A stretch of DNA of 64,000 bases from Auanema rhodensis (taxonomy: Eukaryota > Animalia > Nematoda): positions 22,568,001-22,632,000 of the forward strand of contig OZ059900.1 in the NCBI GenBank assembly GCA_964057225.1, in the 5' to 3' direction. Shown piece after piece: positions 27,012 to 39,768 of the stretch (positions within the stretch are counted from its first letter, which is position 1; each line of letters begins with the position of its first letter). The notes below the pieces were generated by a model, which was given only the letters and a program-made list of their open reading frames with translations, did not search any database and was not told where the DNA came from. A program made the position numbers and the translations under genes.

Positions 27012-30000
27012 CCTAGCTCAAAATTGTTCCTACAACGTCTAGTTCCACTTTCACGACAAAAAAACAGGGGTTAGAAAATTAAGGAAATTAGCATATTCTG
27101 AGGGCACGCCCCTTATGGCTAATATTGATTAAATCGATTTTTGTTCATATGAGTCGTCAAATGAAACGAATTTCAGCGTGTTACATACTAAAATGAAGCA
27201 TTTCACATGCTGAACACTAGAAAAATACAAAAACACAGTATTTCCCTTGAGAAATATTTTATTATGCTGGAAAACCAGTTTTTGGAAATTTCGCTGTAAA
27301 CAAGGTTTTGACTTACGATTTCATGTGTTCAAACTCATGCAATGTCAATGAAACCTAGCTCAAAATTGTTATTACAACGTCTAGTTTCACTTTCACGACA
27401 AAAAAACAGGGGTTAGAAAATTAAGGAAATTAGCATATTCTGAGGGCACGCCTCTTATGGCTAATATTGATTAAATCGATTTTTGTTCATATGAGTCGTC
27501 AAATGCAACGAATTTCAGCGTGTTACATACTAAAATGAAACATTTTACATGCTGAACACTATAAAAATACAAAAACACAGTATTTCCCATGAGAAATATT
27601 TTATTATGCTGGAAAACCAGTTTTTGGAAATTTCGCTGTAAAGAAGGTTTTGACTTACGATTTCATGTGTTCAAACTCATGCAATGTCAATGAAACCTAG
27701 CTCAAAATTGCTCCTACAACGTCTAGTTCCACTTTCACGACAACAAAACAGGGGTTAGAAAATTAAGGAAATTAGCATATTCTGAGGGCACGCCCCTTAT
27801 GGCTAATATTGATTAAATCGATTTTTGTTCATATGAGTCGTCAAATGAAACGAATTTCAGCGTGTTACATACTAAAATGAAGCATTTCACATGCTGAACA
27901 CTAGAAAAATACAAAAACACAGTATTTCCCATGAGAAATATTTTATTATGCTGGAAAACCAGTTTTTTGGAAATTTCGCTGTAAACAAGGTTTTGACTTA
28001 CAATTTCATGTGTTCAAACTCATGCAATGTCAATGAAACCTAGCTCAAAATTGTTCGTACAACGTCTAGTTCCACTTTCACGACAAAAAAACAGGGGTTA
28101 GAAAATTAAGGAAATTAGCATATTCTGAGGGCACGCCCCTTATGGCTAATATTGATTAAATCGATTTTTGTTCATATGAGTCGTCAAATGCAACGAATTT
28201 CAGCGTGTTACATACTAAAATGAAGCATTTCACATGCTGAACACTAGAAAAATACAAAAACACAGTATTTCCCATGAGAAATATTTTATTATGCTGGAAA
28301 ACCAGTTTTTGGAAATTTCGCTGTAAACAAGGTTTTGACTTACGATTTCATGTGTTCAAACTCATGCAATGTCAATGAAACCTAGCTCAAAATTGTTATT
28401 ACAACGTCTAGTTCCACTTTCACGACAAAAAAACAGGGGTTAGAAAATTAAGGAAATTAGCATATTCTGAGGGCACGCCTCTTATGGCTAATATTGATTA
28501 AATCGATTTTTGTTCATATGAGTCGTCAAATGCAACGAATTTCAGCGTGTTACATACTAAAATGAAGCATTTTACATGCTGAACACTATAAAAATACAAA
28601 AACACAGTATTTCCCATGAGAAATATTTTATTATGCTGGAAAACCAGTTTTTGGAAATTTCGCTGTAAACAAGGTTTTGACTTACGATTTCATGTGTTCA
28701 AACTCATGCAATGTCAATGAAACCTAGCTCAAAATTGTTCCTACAACGTCTAGTTCCACTTTCACGACAAAAAAACAGTGGTTAGAAAATTAGATAATTA
28801 GCATATTCTGAGGGCACGCCCCTTATGGCTAATATTGATTAAATCGATTTTTGTTCATATGAGTCGTCAAATGCAACGAATTTCAGCGTGTTACATACTA
28901 AAATGAAGTATTTTACATGCTGAACACTAGAAAAATACAAAAACACAGTATTTCCCATGAGAAATATTTTATTATGCTGGAAAACCAGTTTTTGGAAATT
29001 TCGCTGTAAACAAGGTTTTGACTTACGATTTCATGTGTTCAAACTCATGCAATGTCAATGAAACCTAGCTCAAAATTGTTCCTACAACGTCTAGTTCCAC
29101 TTTCACGACAAAAAAACAGGGGTTAGAAAATTAAGGAAATTAGCATATTCTGAGGGCACGCCTCTTATGGCTAATATTGATTAAATCGATTTTTGTTCAT
29201 ATGAGTCGTCAAATGCAACGAATTTCAGCGTGTTACATACTAAAATGAAACATTTTACATGCTGAACACTATAAAAATACAAAAACACAGTATTTCCCAT
29301 GAGAAATATTTTATTATGCTGGAAAACCAGTTTTTGGAAATTTCGCTGTAAACAAGGTTTTGACTTACGATTTCATGTGTTCAAACTCATGCAATGTCAA
29401 TGAAACCTAGCTCAAAATTGTTCGTACAACGTCTAGTTCCACTTTCACGACAAAAAAACAGGGGTTAGAAAATTAAGGAAATTAGCATATTCTGAGGGCA
29501 CGCCCCTTATGGCTAATATTGATTAAATCGATTTTTGTTCATATGAGTCGTCAAATGCAACGAATTTCAGCGTGTTACATACTAAAATGAAGCATTTTAC
29601 ATGCTGAACACTAGAAAAATACAAAAACACAGTATTTCTCATGAGAAATATTTTATTATGCTGGAAAACCAGTTTTTGGAAATTTCGCTGTAAACAAGGT
29701 TTTGACTTACGATTTCATGTGTTCAAACTCATGCAATGTCAATAAAACCTAGCTCAAAATTGTTCGTAAACGTCTAGTTCCACTTTCACGACAAAAAAAC
29801 AGGGGTTAGAAAATTAGATAATTAGCATATTCTGAGGGCACGCCCCTTATGGCTAATATTGATTAAATCGATTTTTGTTCATATGAGTCGTCAAATGCAA
29901 CGAATTTCAGCGTGTTACATACTAAAATGAAGCATTTTACATGCTGAACACTATAAAAATACAAAAACACAGTATTTCCCATGAGAAATATTTTATTATG

Positions 30001-30950
30001 CTGGAAAACCAGTTTTTGGAAATTTCGCTGTAAACAAGGTTTTGACTTACGATTTCATGTGTTCAAACTCATGCAATGTCAATGAAACCAAGCTCAAAAT
30101 TGCTCCTACAACGTCTAGTTCCACTTTCACGACAACAAAACAGGGGTTAGAAAATTAAGGAAATTAGCATATTCTGAGGGCACGCCCCTTATGGCTAATA
30201 TTGATTAAATCGATTTTTGTTCATATGAGTCGTCAAATGCAACGAATTTCAGCGTGTTACATACTAAAATGAAGCATTTCACATGCTGAACACTAGAAAA
30301 ATACAAAAACACAGTATTTCCCATGAGAAATATTTTATTATGCTGGAAAACCAGTTTTTGGAAATTTCGCTGTAAACAAGGTTTTGACTTACGATTTCAT
30401 GTGTTCAAACTCATGCAATGTCAATAAAACCTAGCTCAAAATTGTTCGTACAACGTCTAGTTCCACTTTCACGACAAAAAAACAGGGGTTAGAAAATTAA
30501 GGAAATTAGCATATTCTGAGGGCACGCCCCTTATGGCTAATATTGATTAAATCGATTTTTGTTCATATGAGTCGTCAAATGCAACGAATTTCAGCGTGTT
30601 ACATACTAAAATGAAGCATTTTACATGCTGAACACTATAAAAATACAAAAACACAGTATTTCCCATGAGAAATATTTTATTATGCTGGAAAACCAGTTTT
30701 TGGAAATTTCGCTGTAAACAAGGTTTTGACTTACGATTTCATGTGTTCAAACTCATGCAATGTCAATGAAACCTAGCTCAAAATTGTTCCTACAACGTCT
30801 AGTTCCACTTTCACGACAAAAAACAGGGGTTAGAAAATTAAGGAAATTAGCATATTCTGAGGGCACGCCCCTTATGGCTAATATTGATTAAATCGATTTT
30901 TGTTCATATGAGTCGTCAAATGCAACGAATTTCAGCGTGTTACATACTAA

Positions 30951-31040
30951 AATGAAATTTCCAGCATAATAAAATATTTCTCATGGGAAATACTGTGTTT
31001 TTGTATTTTTCTAGTGTTCAGCATGTGAAATGCTTCATTT
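30951..31040. other. Inversion breakpoint, centre of the macro-inverted repeat (77-nt spacer at 30957-31033)
   Basis: The junction reads TACATACTAAAATGAA-A-TTTCCAGCATAATAAAAT. The left arm ends ...CTAAAATGAA at 30956 and its reverse complement TTCATTTTAG... begins at 31034. There is no foreign DNA at the junction. Confidence 0.97.
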
Positions 31041-34000
31041 TAGTATGTAACACGCTGAAATTCGTTGCATTTGACGACTCATATGAACAAAAATCGATTT
31101 AATCAATATTAGCCATAAGGGGCGTGCCCTCAGAATATGCTAATTTCCTTAATTTTCTAACCCCTGTTTTGTTGTCGTGAAAGTGGAACTAGACGTTGTA
31201 GGAACAATTTTGAGCTAGGTTTCATTGACATTGCATGAGTTTGAACACATGAAATCGTAAGTCAAAACCTTGTTTACAGCGAAATTTCCAAAAACTGGTT
31301 TTCCAGCATAATAAAATATTTCTCATGGGAAATACTGTGTTTTTGTATTTTTATAGTGTTCAGCATGTAAAATGCTTCATTTTAGTATGTAACACGCTGA
31401 AATTCGTTGCATTTGACGACTCATATGAACAAAAATCGATTTAATCAATATTAGCCATAAGGGGCGTGCCCTCAGAATATGCTAATTTCCTTAATTTTCT
31501 AACCCCTGTTTTTTTGTCGTGAAAGTGGAACTAGACGTTGTACGAACAATTTTGAGCTAGGTTTCATTGACATTGCATGAGTTTGAACACATGAAATCGT
31601 AAGTCAAAACCTTGTTTACAGCGAAATTTCCAAAAACTGGTTTTCCAGCATAATAAAATATTTCTCATGGGAAATACTGTGTTTTTGTATTTTTATAGTG
31701 TTCAGCATGTAAAATGTTTCATTTTAGTATGTAACACGCTGAAATTCGTTGCATTTGACGACTCATATGAACAAAAATCGATTTAATCAATATTAGCCAT
31801 AAAGGGCGTGCCCTCAGAATATGCTAATTTCCTTAATTTTCTAACCCCTCTTTTTTTGTCGTGAAAGTGGAACTAGACGTTGTAGGAACAATTTTGAGCT
31901 AGGTTTCATTGACATTGCATGAGTTTGAACACATGAAATCGTAAGTCAAAACCTTGTTTACAGCGAAATTTCCAAAAACTCGTTTTCCAGCATAATAAAA
32001 TATTTCTCATGGGAAATACTGTGTTTTTGTATTTTTTTAGTGTTCAGCATGTAAAATGCTTCATTTTAGTATGTAACACGCTGAAATTAATTGCATTTGA
32101 CGACTCATATGAACAAAAATCGATTTAATCAATATTAGCCATAAGGGGCGTGCCCTCAGAATATGCTAATTTCCTTAATTTTCTAACCCCTGTTGTTTTG
32201 TCGTGAAAGTGGAACTAGACGTTGTACGAACAATTTTGAGCTAGGTTTCATTGACATTGCAGGAGTTTGAACACATGAAATCGTAAGTCAAAACCTTGTT
32301 TACAGCGAAATTTCCAAAAACTGGTTTTCCAGCATAATAAAATATTTCTCATGGGAAATACTGTGTTTTTGTATTTTTCTAGTGTTCAGCATGTGAAATG
32401 CTTCATTTTAGTATGTAACACGCTGAAATTCGTTGCATTTGACGACTCATATGAACAAAAATCGATTTAATCAATATTAGCCATAAGGGGCGTGCCCTCA
32501 GAATATGCTAATTTCCTTAATTTTCTAACCCCTGTTTTGTTGTCGTGAAAGTGGAACTAGACGTTGTAGGAACAATTTTGAGCTAGGTTTCATTGACATT
32601 GCATGAGTTTGAACACATGAAATCGTAAGTCAAAACCTTGTTTACAGCGAAATTTCCAAAAACTGGTTTTCCAGCATAATAAAATATTTCTCATGGGAAA
32701 TACTGTGTTTTTGTATTTTTATAGTGTTCAGCATGTAAAATGCTTCATTTTAGTATGTAACACGCTGAAATTTGTTGCATTTGACGACTCATATGAACAA
32801 AAATCGATTTAATCAATATTAGCCATAAGAGGCGTGCCCTCAGAATATGCTAATTTCCTTAATTTTCTAACCCCTGTTTTTTTGTCGTGAAAGTGGAACT
32901 AGACGTTGTAGGAACAATTTTGAGCTAGGTTTCATTGACATTGCATGAGTTTGAACACATGAAATCGTAAGTCAAAACCTTGTTTACAGCGAAATTTCCA
33001 AAAACTGGTTTTCCAGCATAATAAAATATTTCTCATGGGAAATACTGTGTTTTTGTATTTTTCTAGTGTTCAGCATGTGAAATGCTTCATTTTAGTATGT
33101 AACACGCTGAAATTCGTTGCATTTGACGACTCATATGAACAAAAATCGATTTAATCAATATTAGCCATAAGGGGCGTGCCCTCAGAATATGCTAATTTCC
33201 TTAATTTTCTAACCCCTGTTTTGTTGTCGTGAAAGTGGAACTAGACGTTGTAGGAACAATTTTGAGCTAGGTTTCATTGACATTGCATGAGTTTGAACAC
33301 ATGAAATCGTAAGTCAAAACCTTGTTTACAGCGAAATTTCCAAAAACTGGTTTTCCAGCATAATAAAATATTTCTCATGGGAAATACTGTGTTTTTGTAT
33401 TTTTCTAGTGTTCAGCATGTAAAATGCTTCATTTTAGTATGTAACACGCTGAAATTCGTTGCATTTGACGACTCATATGAACAAAAATCGATTTAATCAA
33501 TATTAGCCATAAGGGGCGTGCCCTCAGAATATGCTAATTTCCTTAATTTTCTAACCCCTGTTTTTTGTCGTGAAAGTGGAACTAGACGTTGTAGGAACAA
33601 TTTTGAGCTAGGTTTCATTGACATTGCATGAGTTTGAACACATGAAATCGTAAGTCAAAACCTTGTTTACAGCGAAATTTCCAAAAACTCGTTTTCCAGC
33701 ATAATAAAATATTTCTCATGGGAAATACTGTGTTTTTGTATTTTTTTAGTGTTCAGCATGTAAAATGCTTCATTTTAGTATGTAACACGCTGAAATTAAT
33801 TGCATTTGACGACTCATATGAACAAAAATCGATTTAATCAATATTAGCCATAAGGGGCGTGCCCTCAGAATATGCTAATTTCCTTAATTTTCTAACCCCT
33901 GTTTTTTTGTCGTGAAAGTGGAACTAGACGTTGTACGAACAATTTTGAGCTAGGTTTCATTGACATTGCATGAGTTTGAACACATGAAATCGTAAGTCAA

Positions 34001-34638
34001 AACCTTGTTTACAGCGAACTTTCCAAAAACTGGTTTTCCAGTATAATAAAATATTTCTCATGGGAAATACTGTGTTTTTGTATTTTTCTAGTGTTCAGCA
34101 TGTGAAATGCTTCATTTTAGTATGTAACACGCTGAAATTCGTTGCATTTGACGACTCATATGAACAAAAATCGATTTAATCAATATTAGCCATAAGGGGC
34201 GTGCCCTCAGAATATGCTAATTTCCTTAATTTTCTAACCCCTGTTTTGTTGTCGTGAAAGTGGAACTAGACGTTGTAGGAACAATTTTGAGCTAGGTTTC
34301 ATTGACATTGCATGAGTTTGAACACATGAAATCGTAAGTCAAAACCTTGTTTACAGCGAAATTTGCAAAAACTGGTTTTCCAGCATAATAAAATATTTCT
34401 CATGGGAAATACTGTGTTTTTGTATTTTTCTAGTGTTCAGCATGTAAAATGCTTCATTTTAGTATGTAACACGCTGAAATTCGTTGCATTTGACGACTCA
34501 TATGAACAAAAATCGATTTAATCAATATTAGCCATAAGGGGCGTGCCCTCAGAATATGCTAATTTCCTTAATTTTCTAACCCCTGTTTTTTTGTCGTGAA
34601 AGTGGAACTAGACGTTGTATTAACAATTTTGAGCTAGG

Positions 34639-37600
34639 TTTCATTGACATTGCATGAGTTTGAACACATGAAATCGTAAGTCAAAACCTTGTTTACAGCG
34701 AAATTTCCAAAAACTGGTTTTCCAGCATAATAAAATATTTCTCATGGGAAATACTGTGTTTTTGTATTTTTCTAGTGTTCAGCATGTAAAATGCTTCATT
34801 TTAGTATGTAACACGCTGAAATTCGTTGCATTTGACGACTCATATGAACAAAAATCGATTTAATCAATATTAGCCATAAAGGGCGTGCCCTCAGAATATG
34901 CTAATTTCCTTAATTTTCTAACCCCTGTTTTTTTGTCGTGAAAGTGGAACTAGACGTTGTACGAACAATTTTGAGCTAGGTTTCATTGACATTGCATGAG
35001 TTTGAACACATGAAATCGTAAGTCAAAACCTTGTTTACAGCGAAATTTCCAAAAACTGGTTTTCCAGCATAATAAAATATTTCTCATGGGAAATACTGTG
35101 TTTTTGTATTTTTCTAGTGTTCAGCATGTAAAATGCTTCATTTTAGTATGTAACACGCTGAAATTCGTTGCATTTGACTACTCATATGAACAAAAATCGA
35201 TTTAATCAATATTAGCCATAAGGGGCGTGCCCTCAGAATATGCTAATTTCCTTAATTTTCTAACCCCTATTTTTTTGTCGTGAAAGTGGAACTAGACGTT
35301 GTAGGAACAATTTTGAGCTAGGTTTCATTGACATTGCATGAGTTTGAACACATGAAATCGTAAGTCAAAACCTTGTTTACAGCGAAATTTCCAAAAACTG
35401 GTTTTCCAGCATAATAAAATATTTCTCATGGGAAATACTGTGTTTTTGTATTTTTCTAGTGTTCAGCATGTAAAATGCTTCATTTTAGTATGTAACACGC
35501 TGAAATTCGTTGCATTTGACGACTCATATGAACAAAAATCGATTTAATCAATATTAGCCATAAAGGGCGTGCCCTCAGAATATGCTAATTTCCTTAATTT
35601 TCTAAGCCCTGTTTTTTTGTCGTGAAAGTGGAACTAGACGTTGTATTAACAATTTTGAGCTAGGTTTCATTGACATTGCATGAGTTTGAACACATGAAAT
35701 CGTAAGTCAAAACCTTGTTTACAGCGAAATTTCCAAAAACTGGTTTTCCAGCATAATAAAATATTTCTCATGAGAAATACTGTGTTTTTGTATTTTTCTA
35801 GTGTTCAGCATGTAAAATGCTTCATTTCAGTATGTAACACGCTGAAATTCGTTGCATTTGACGACTCATATGAACAAAAATCGATTTAATCAATATTAGC
35901 CATAAAGGGCGTGCCCTCAGAATATGCTAATTTCCTTAATTTTCTAACCCCTGTTTTTTTGTCGTGAAAGTGGAACTAGACGTTGTACGAACAATTTTGA
36001 GCTAGGTTTCATTGACATTGCATGAGTTTGAACACATGAAATCGTAAGTCAAAACCTTGTTTACAGCGAAATTTCCAAAAACTGGTTTTCCAGCATAATA
36101 AAATATTTCTCATGGGAAATACTGTGTTTTTGTATTTTTCTAGTGTTCAGCATGTAAAATGCTTCATTTTAGTATGTAACACGCTGAAATTCGTTGCATT
36201 TGACTACTCATATGAACAAAAATCGATTTAATCAATATTAGCCATAAGGGGCGTGCCCTCAGAATATGCTAATTTCCTTAATTTTCTAACCCCTATTTTT
36301 TTGTCGTGAAAGTGGAACTAGACGTTGTAGGAACAATTTTGAGCTAGGTTTCATTGACATTGCATGAGTTTGAACACATGAAATCGTAAGTCAAATCCTT
36401 GTTTACAGCGAAATTTCCAAAAACTGGTTTTCCAGCATAATAAAATATTTCTCATGGGAAATACTGTGTTTTTGTATTTTTCTAGTGTTCAGCATGTAAA
36501 ATGCTTCATTTTAGTATGTAACACGCTGAAATTCGTTGCATTTGACGACTCATATGAACAAAAATCGATTTAATCAATATTAGCCATAAAGGGCGTGCCC
36601 TCAGAATATGCTAATTTCCTTAATTTTCTAACCCCTGTTTTTTTGTCGTGAAAGTGGAACTAGACGTTGTACGAACAATTTTGAGCTAGGTTTCATTGAC
36701 ATTGCATGAGTTTGAACACATGAAATCGTAAGTCAAAACCTTGTTTACAGCGAAATTTCCAAAAACTGGTTTTCCAGCATAATAAAATATTTCTCATGGG
36801 AAATACTGTGTTTTTGTATTTTTCTAGTGTTCAGCATGTAAAATGCTTCATTTTAGTATGTAACACGCTGAAATTCGTTGCATTTGACTACTCATATGAA
36901 CAAAAATCGATTTAATCAATATTAGCCATAAGGGGCGTGCCCTCAGAATATGCTAATTTCCTTAATTTTCTAACCCCTATTTTTTTGTCGTGAAAGTGGA
37001 ACTAGACGTTGTAGGAACAATTTTGAGCTAGGTTTCATTGACATTGCATGAGTTTGAACACATGAAATCGTAAGTCAAAACCTTGTTTACAGCGAAATTT
37101 CCAAAAACTGGTTTTCCAGCATAATAAAATATTTCTCATGGGAAATACTGTGTTTTTGTATTTTTCTAGTGTTCAGCATGTAAAATGCTTCATTTTAGTA
37201 TGTAACACGCTGAAATTCGTTGCATTTGACGACTCATATGAACAAAAATCGATTTAATCAATATTAGCCATAAAGGGCGTGCCCTCAGAATATGCTAATT
37301 TCCTTAATTTTCTAAGCCCTGTTTTTTTGTCGTGAAAGTGGAACTAGACGTTGTATTAACAATTTTGAGCTAGGTTTCATTGACATTGCATGAGTTTGAA
37401 CACATGAAATCGTAAGTCAAAACCTTGTTTACAGCGAAATTTCCAAAAACTGGTTTTCCAGCATAATAAAATATTTCTCATGAGAAATACTGTGTTTTTG
37501 TATTTTTCTAGTGTTCAGCATGTAAAATGCTTCATTTCAGTATGTAACACGCTGAAATTCGTTGCATTTGACGACTCATATGAACAAAAATCGATTTAAT

Positions 37601-38400
37601 CAATATTAGCCATAAAGGGCGTGCCCTCAGAATATGCTAATTTCCTTAATTTTCTAACCCCTGTTTTTTTGTCGTGAAAGTGGAACTAGACGTTGTACGA
37701 ACAATTTTGAGCTAGGTTTCATTGACATTGCATGAGTTTGAACACATGAAATCGTAAGTCAAAACCTTGTTTACAGCGAAATTTCCAAAAACTGGTTTTC
37801 CAGCATAATAAAATATTTCTCATGGGAAATACTGTGTTTTTGTATTTTTCTAGTGTTCAGCATGTAAAATGCTTCATTTTAGTATGTAACACGCTGAAAT
37901 TCGTTGCATTTGACTACTCATATGAACAAAAATCGATTTAATCAATATTAGCCATAAGGGGCGTGCCCTCAGAATATGCTAATTTCCTTAATTTTCTAAC
38001 CCCTATTTTTTTGTCGTGAAAGTGGAACTAGACGTTGTAGGAACAATTTTGAGCTAGGTTTCATTGACATTGCATGAGTTTGAACACATGAAATCGTAAG
38101 TCAAATCCTTGTTTACAGCGAAATTTCCAAAAACTGGTTTTCCAGCATAATAAAATATTTCTCATGGGAAATACTGTGTTTTTGTATTTTTCTAGTGTTC
38201 AGCATGTAAAATGCTTCATTTTAGTATGTAACACGCTGAAATTCGTTGCATTTGACTACTCATATGAACAAAAATCGATTTAATCAATATTAGCCATAAG
38301 GGGCGTGCCCTCAGAATATGCTAATTTCCTTAATTTTCTAACCCCTATTTTTTTGTCGTGAAAGTGGAACTAGACGTTGTAGGAACAATTTTGAGCTAGG
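34639..38400 (-). repeat. 5-mer higher-order repeat, period 1710 bp (two copies plus a duplicated monomer)
   Basis: As read on the + strand, TAAGCCCT with TGTATTAAC is in units starting 35323 and 37033. ATGAGAAA with TTTCAGTA is at 35665 and 37375. GACTACT with CCCCTAT is at 34981, 36007, 36691, 37717 and 38059. Confidence 0.87.
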
Positions 38401-39768
38401 TTTCATTGACATTGCATGAGTTTGAACACATGAAATCGTAAGTCAAATCCTTGTTTACAGCGAAATTTCCAAAAACTGGTTTTCCAGCATAATAAAATAT
38501 TTCTCATGGGAAATACTGTGTTTTTGTATTTTTCTAGTGTTCAGCATGTAAAATGCTTCATTTTAGTATGTAACACGCTGAAATTCGTTGCATTTGACGA
38601 CTCATATGAACAAAAATCGATTTAATCAATATTAGCCATAAAGGGCGTGCCCTCAGAATATGCTAATTTCCTTAATTTTCTAACCCCGGTTTTTTTGTCG
38701 TGAAAGTGGAACTAGACGTTGTAGGAACAATTTTGAGCTAGGTTTCATTGACATTGCATGAGTTTGAACACATGAAATCGTAAGTCAAAACCTTGTTTAC
38801 AGCGAAATTTCCAAAAACTGGTTTTCCAGCATAATAAAATATTTCTCATGTGAAATACTGTGTTTTTGTATTTTTCTAGTGTTCAGCATGTAAAATGCTT
38901 CATTTTAGTATGTAACACGCTGAAATTCGTTGCATTTGACGACTCATATGAACAAAAATCGATTTAATCAATATTAGCCATAAGGGGCGTGCCCTCAGAA
39001 TATGCTAATTTCCTTAATTTTCTAACCCCTGTTTTTTTGTCGTGAAAGTGGAACTAGACGTTGTACGAACAATTTTGAGCTAGGTTTCATTGACATTGCA
39101 TGAGTTTGAACACATGAAATCGTAAGTCAAAACCTTGTTTACAGCGAAATTTCCAAAAACTGGTTTTCCAGCATAATAAAATATTTCTCATGGGAAATAC
39201 TGTGTTTTTGTATTTTTCTAGTGTTCAGCATGTAAAATGCTTTATTTTAGTATGTAACACGCTGAAATTCGTTGCATTTGACGACTCATATGAACAAAAA
39301 TCGATTTAATCAATATTAGCCATAAAGGGCGTGCCCTCAGAATATGCTAATTTCCTTAATTTTCTAACCCCTGTTTTTTTGTCGTGAAAGTGGAACTAGA
39401 CGTTGTACGAACAATTTTGAGCTGGGTTTCATTGACATTGCATGAGTTTGAACACATGAAATCGTAAGTCAAAACCTTGTTTACAGCGAAATTTCCAAAA
39501 ACTGGTTTTCCAGCATAATAAAATATTTCTCATGGGAAATACTGTGTTTTTGTATTTTTCTAGTGTTCAGCATGTAAAATGCTTCATTTTAGTATGTAAC
39601 ACGCTGAAATTCGTTGCATTTGACGACTCATATGAACAAAAATCGATTTAATCAATATTAGCCATAAGGGGCGTGCCCTCAGAATATGCGAATTTCCTTA
39701 ATTTTCTAACCCCTGTTTTTTTGTCGTGAAAGTGGAACTAGACGTTGTACGAACAATTTTTAGCTAGG

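Larger units (their letters stand above)
1..30957 (+). repeat. Tandem satellite array, 342-bp monomer, forward orientation (90 full monomers plus 1 truncated)
   Basis: CCTAGCTCAAAATTGTT recurs at 1, 343, 685, 1027, 1368 ... 30430, 30772. Spacing is 342 bp, or 340-343 bp where small indels occur. Copies differ by a few substitutions. The last unit starts at 30772 and stops at about monomer position 186-187. Confidence 0.99.

Noticed and set aside
30957-31033. Transposon, MITE or foldback element at the inversion centre
   Set aside because: The spacer is wholly satellite-derived (monomer positions 262 to 187), with no target-site duplication or foreign sequence.
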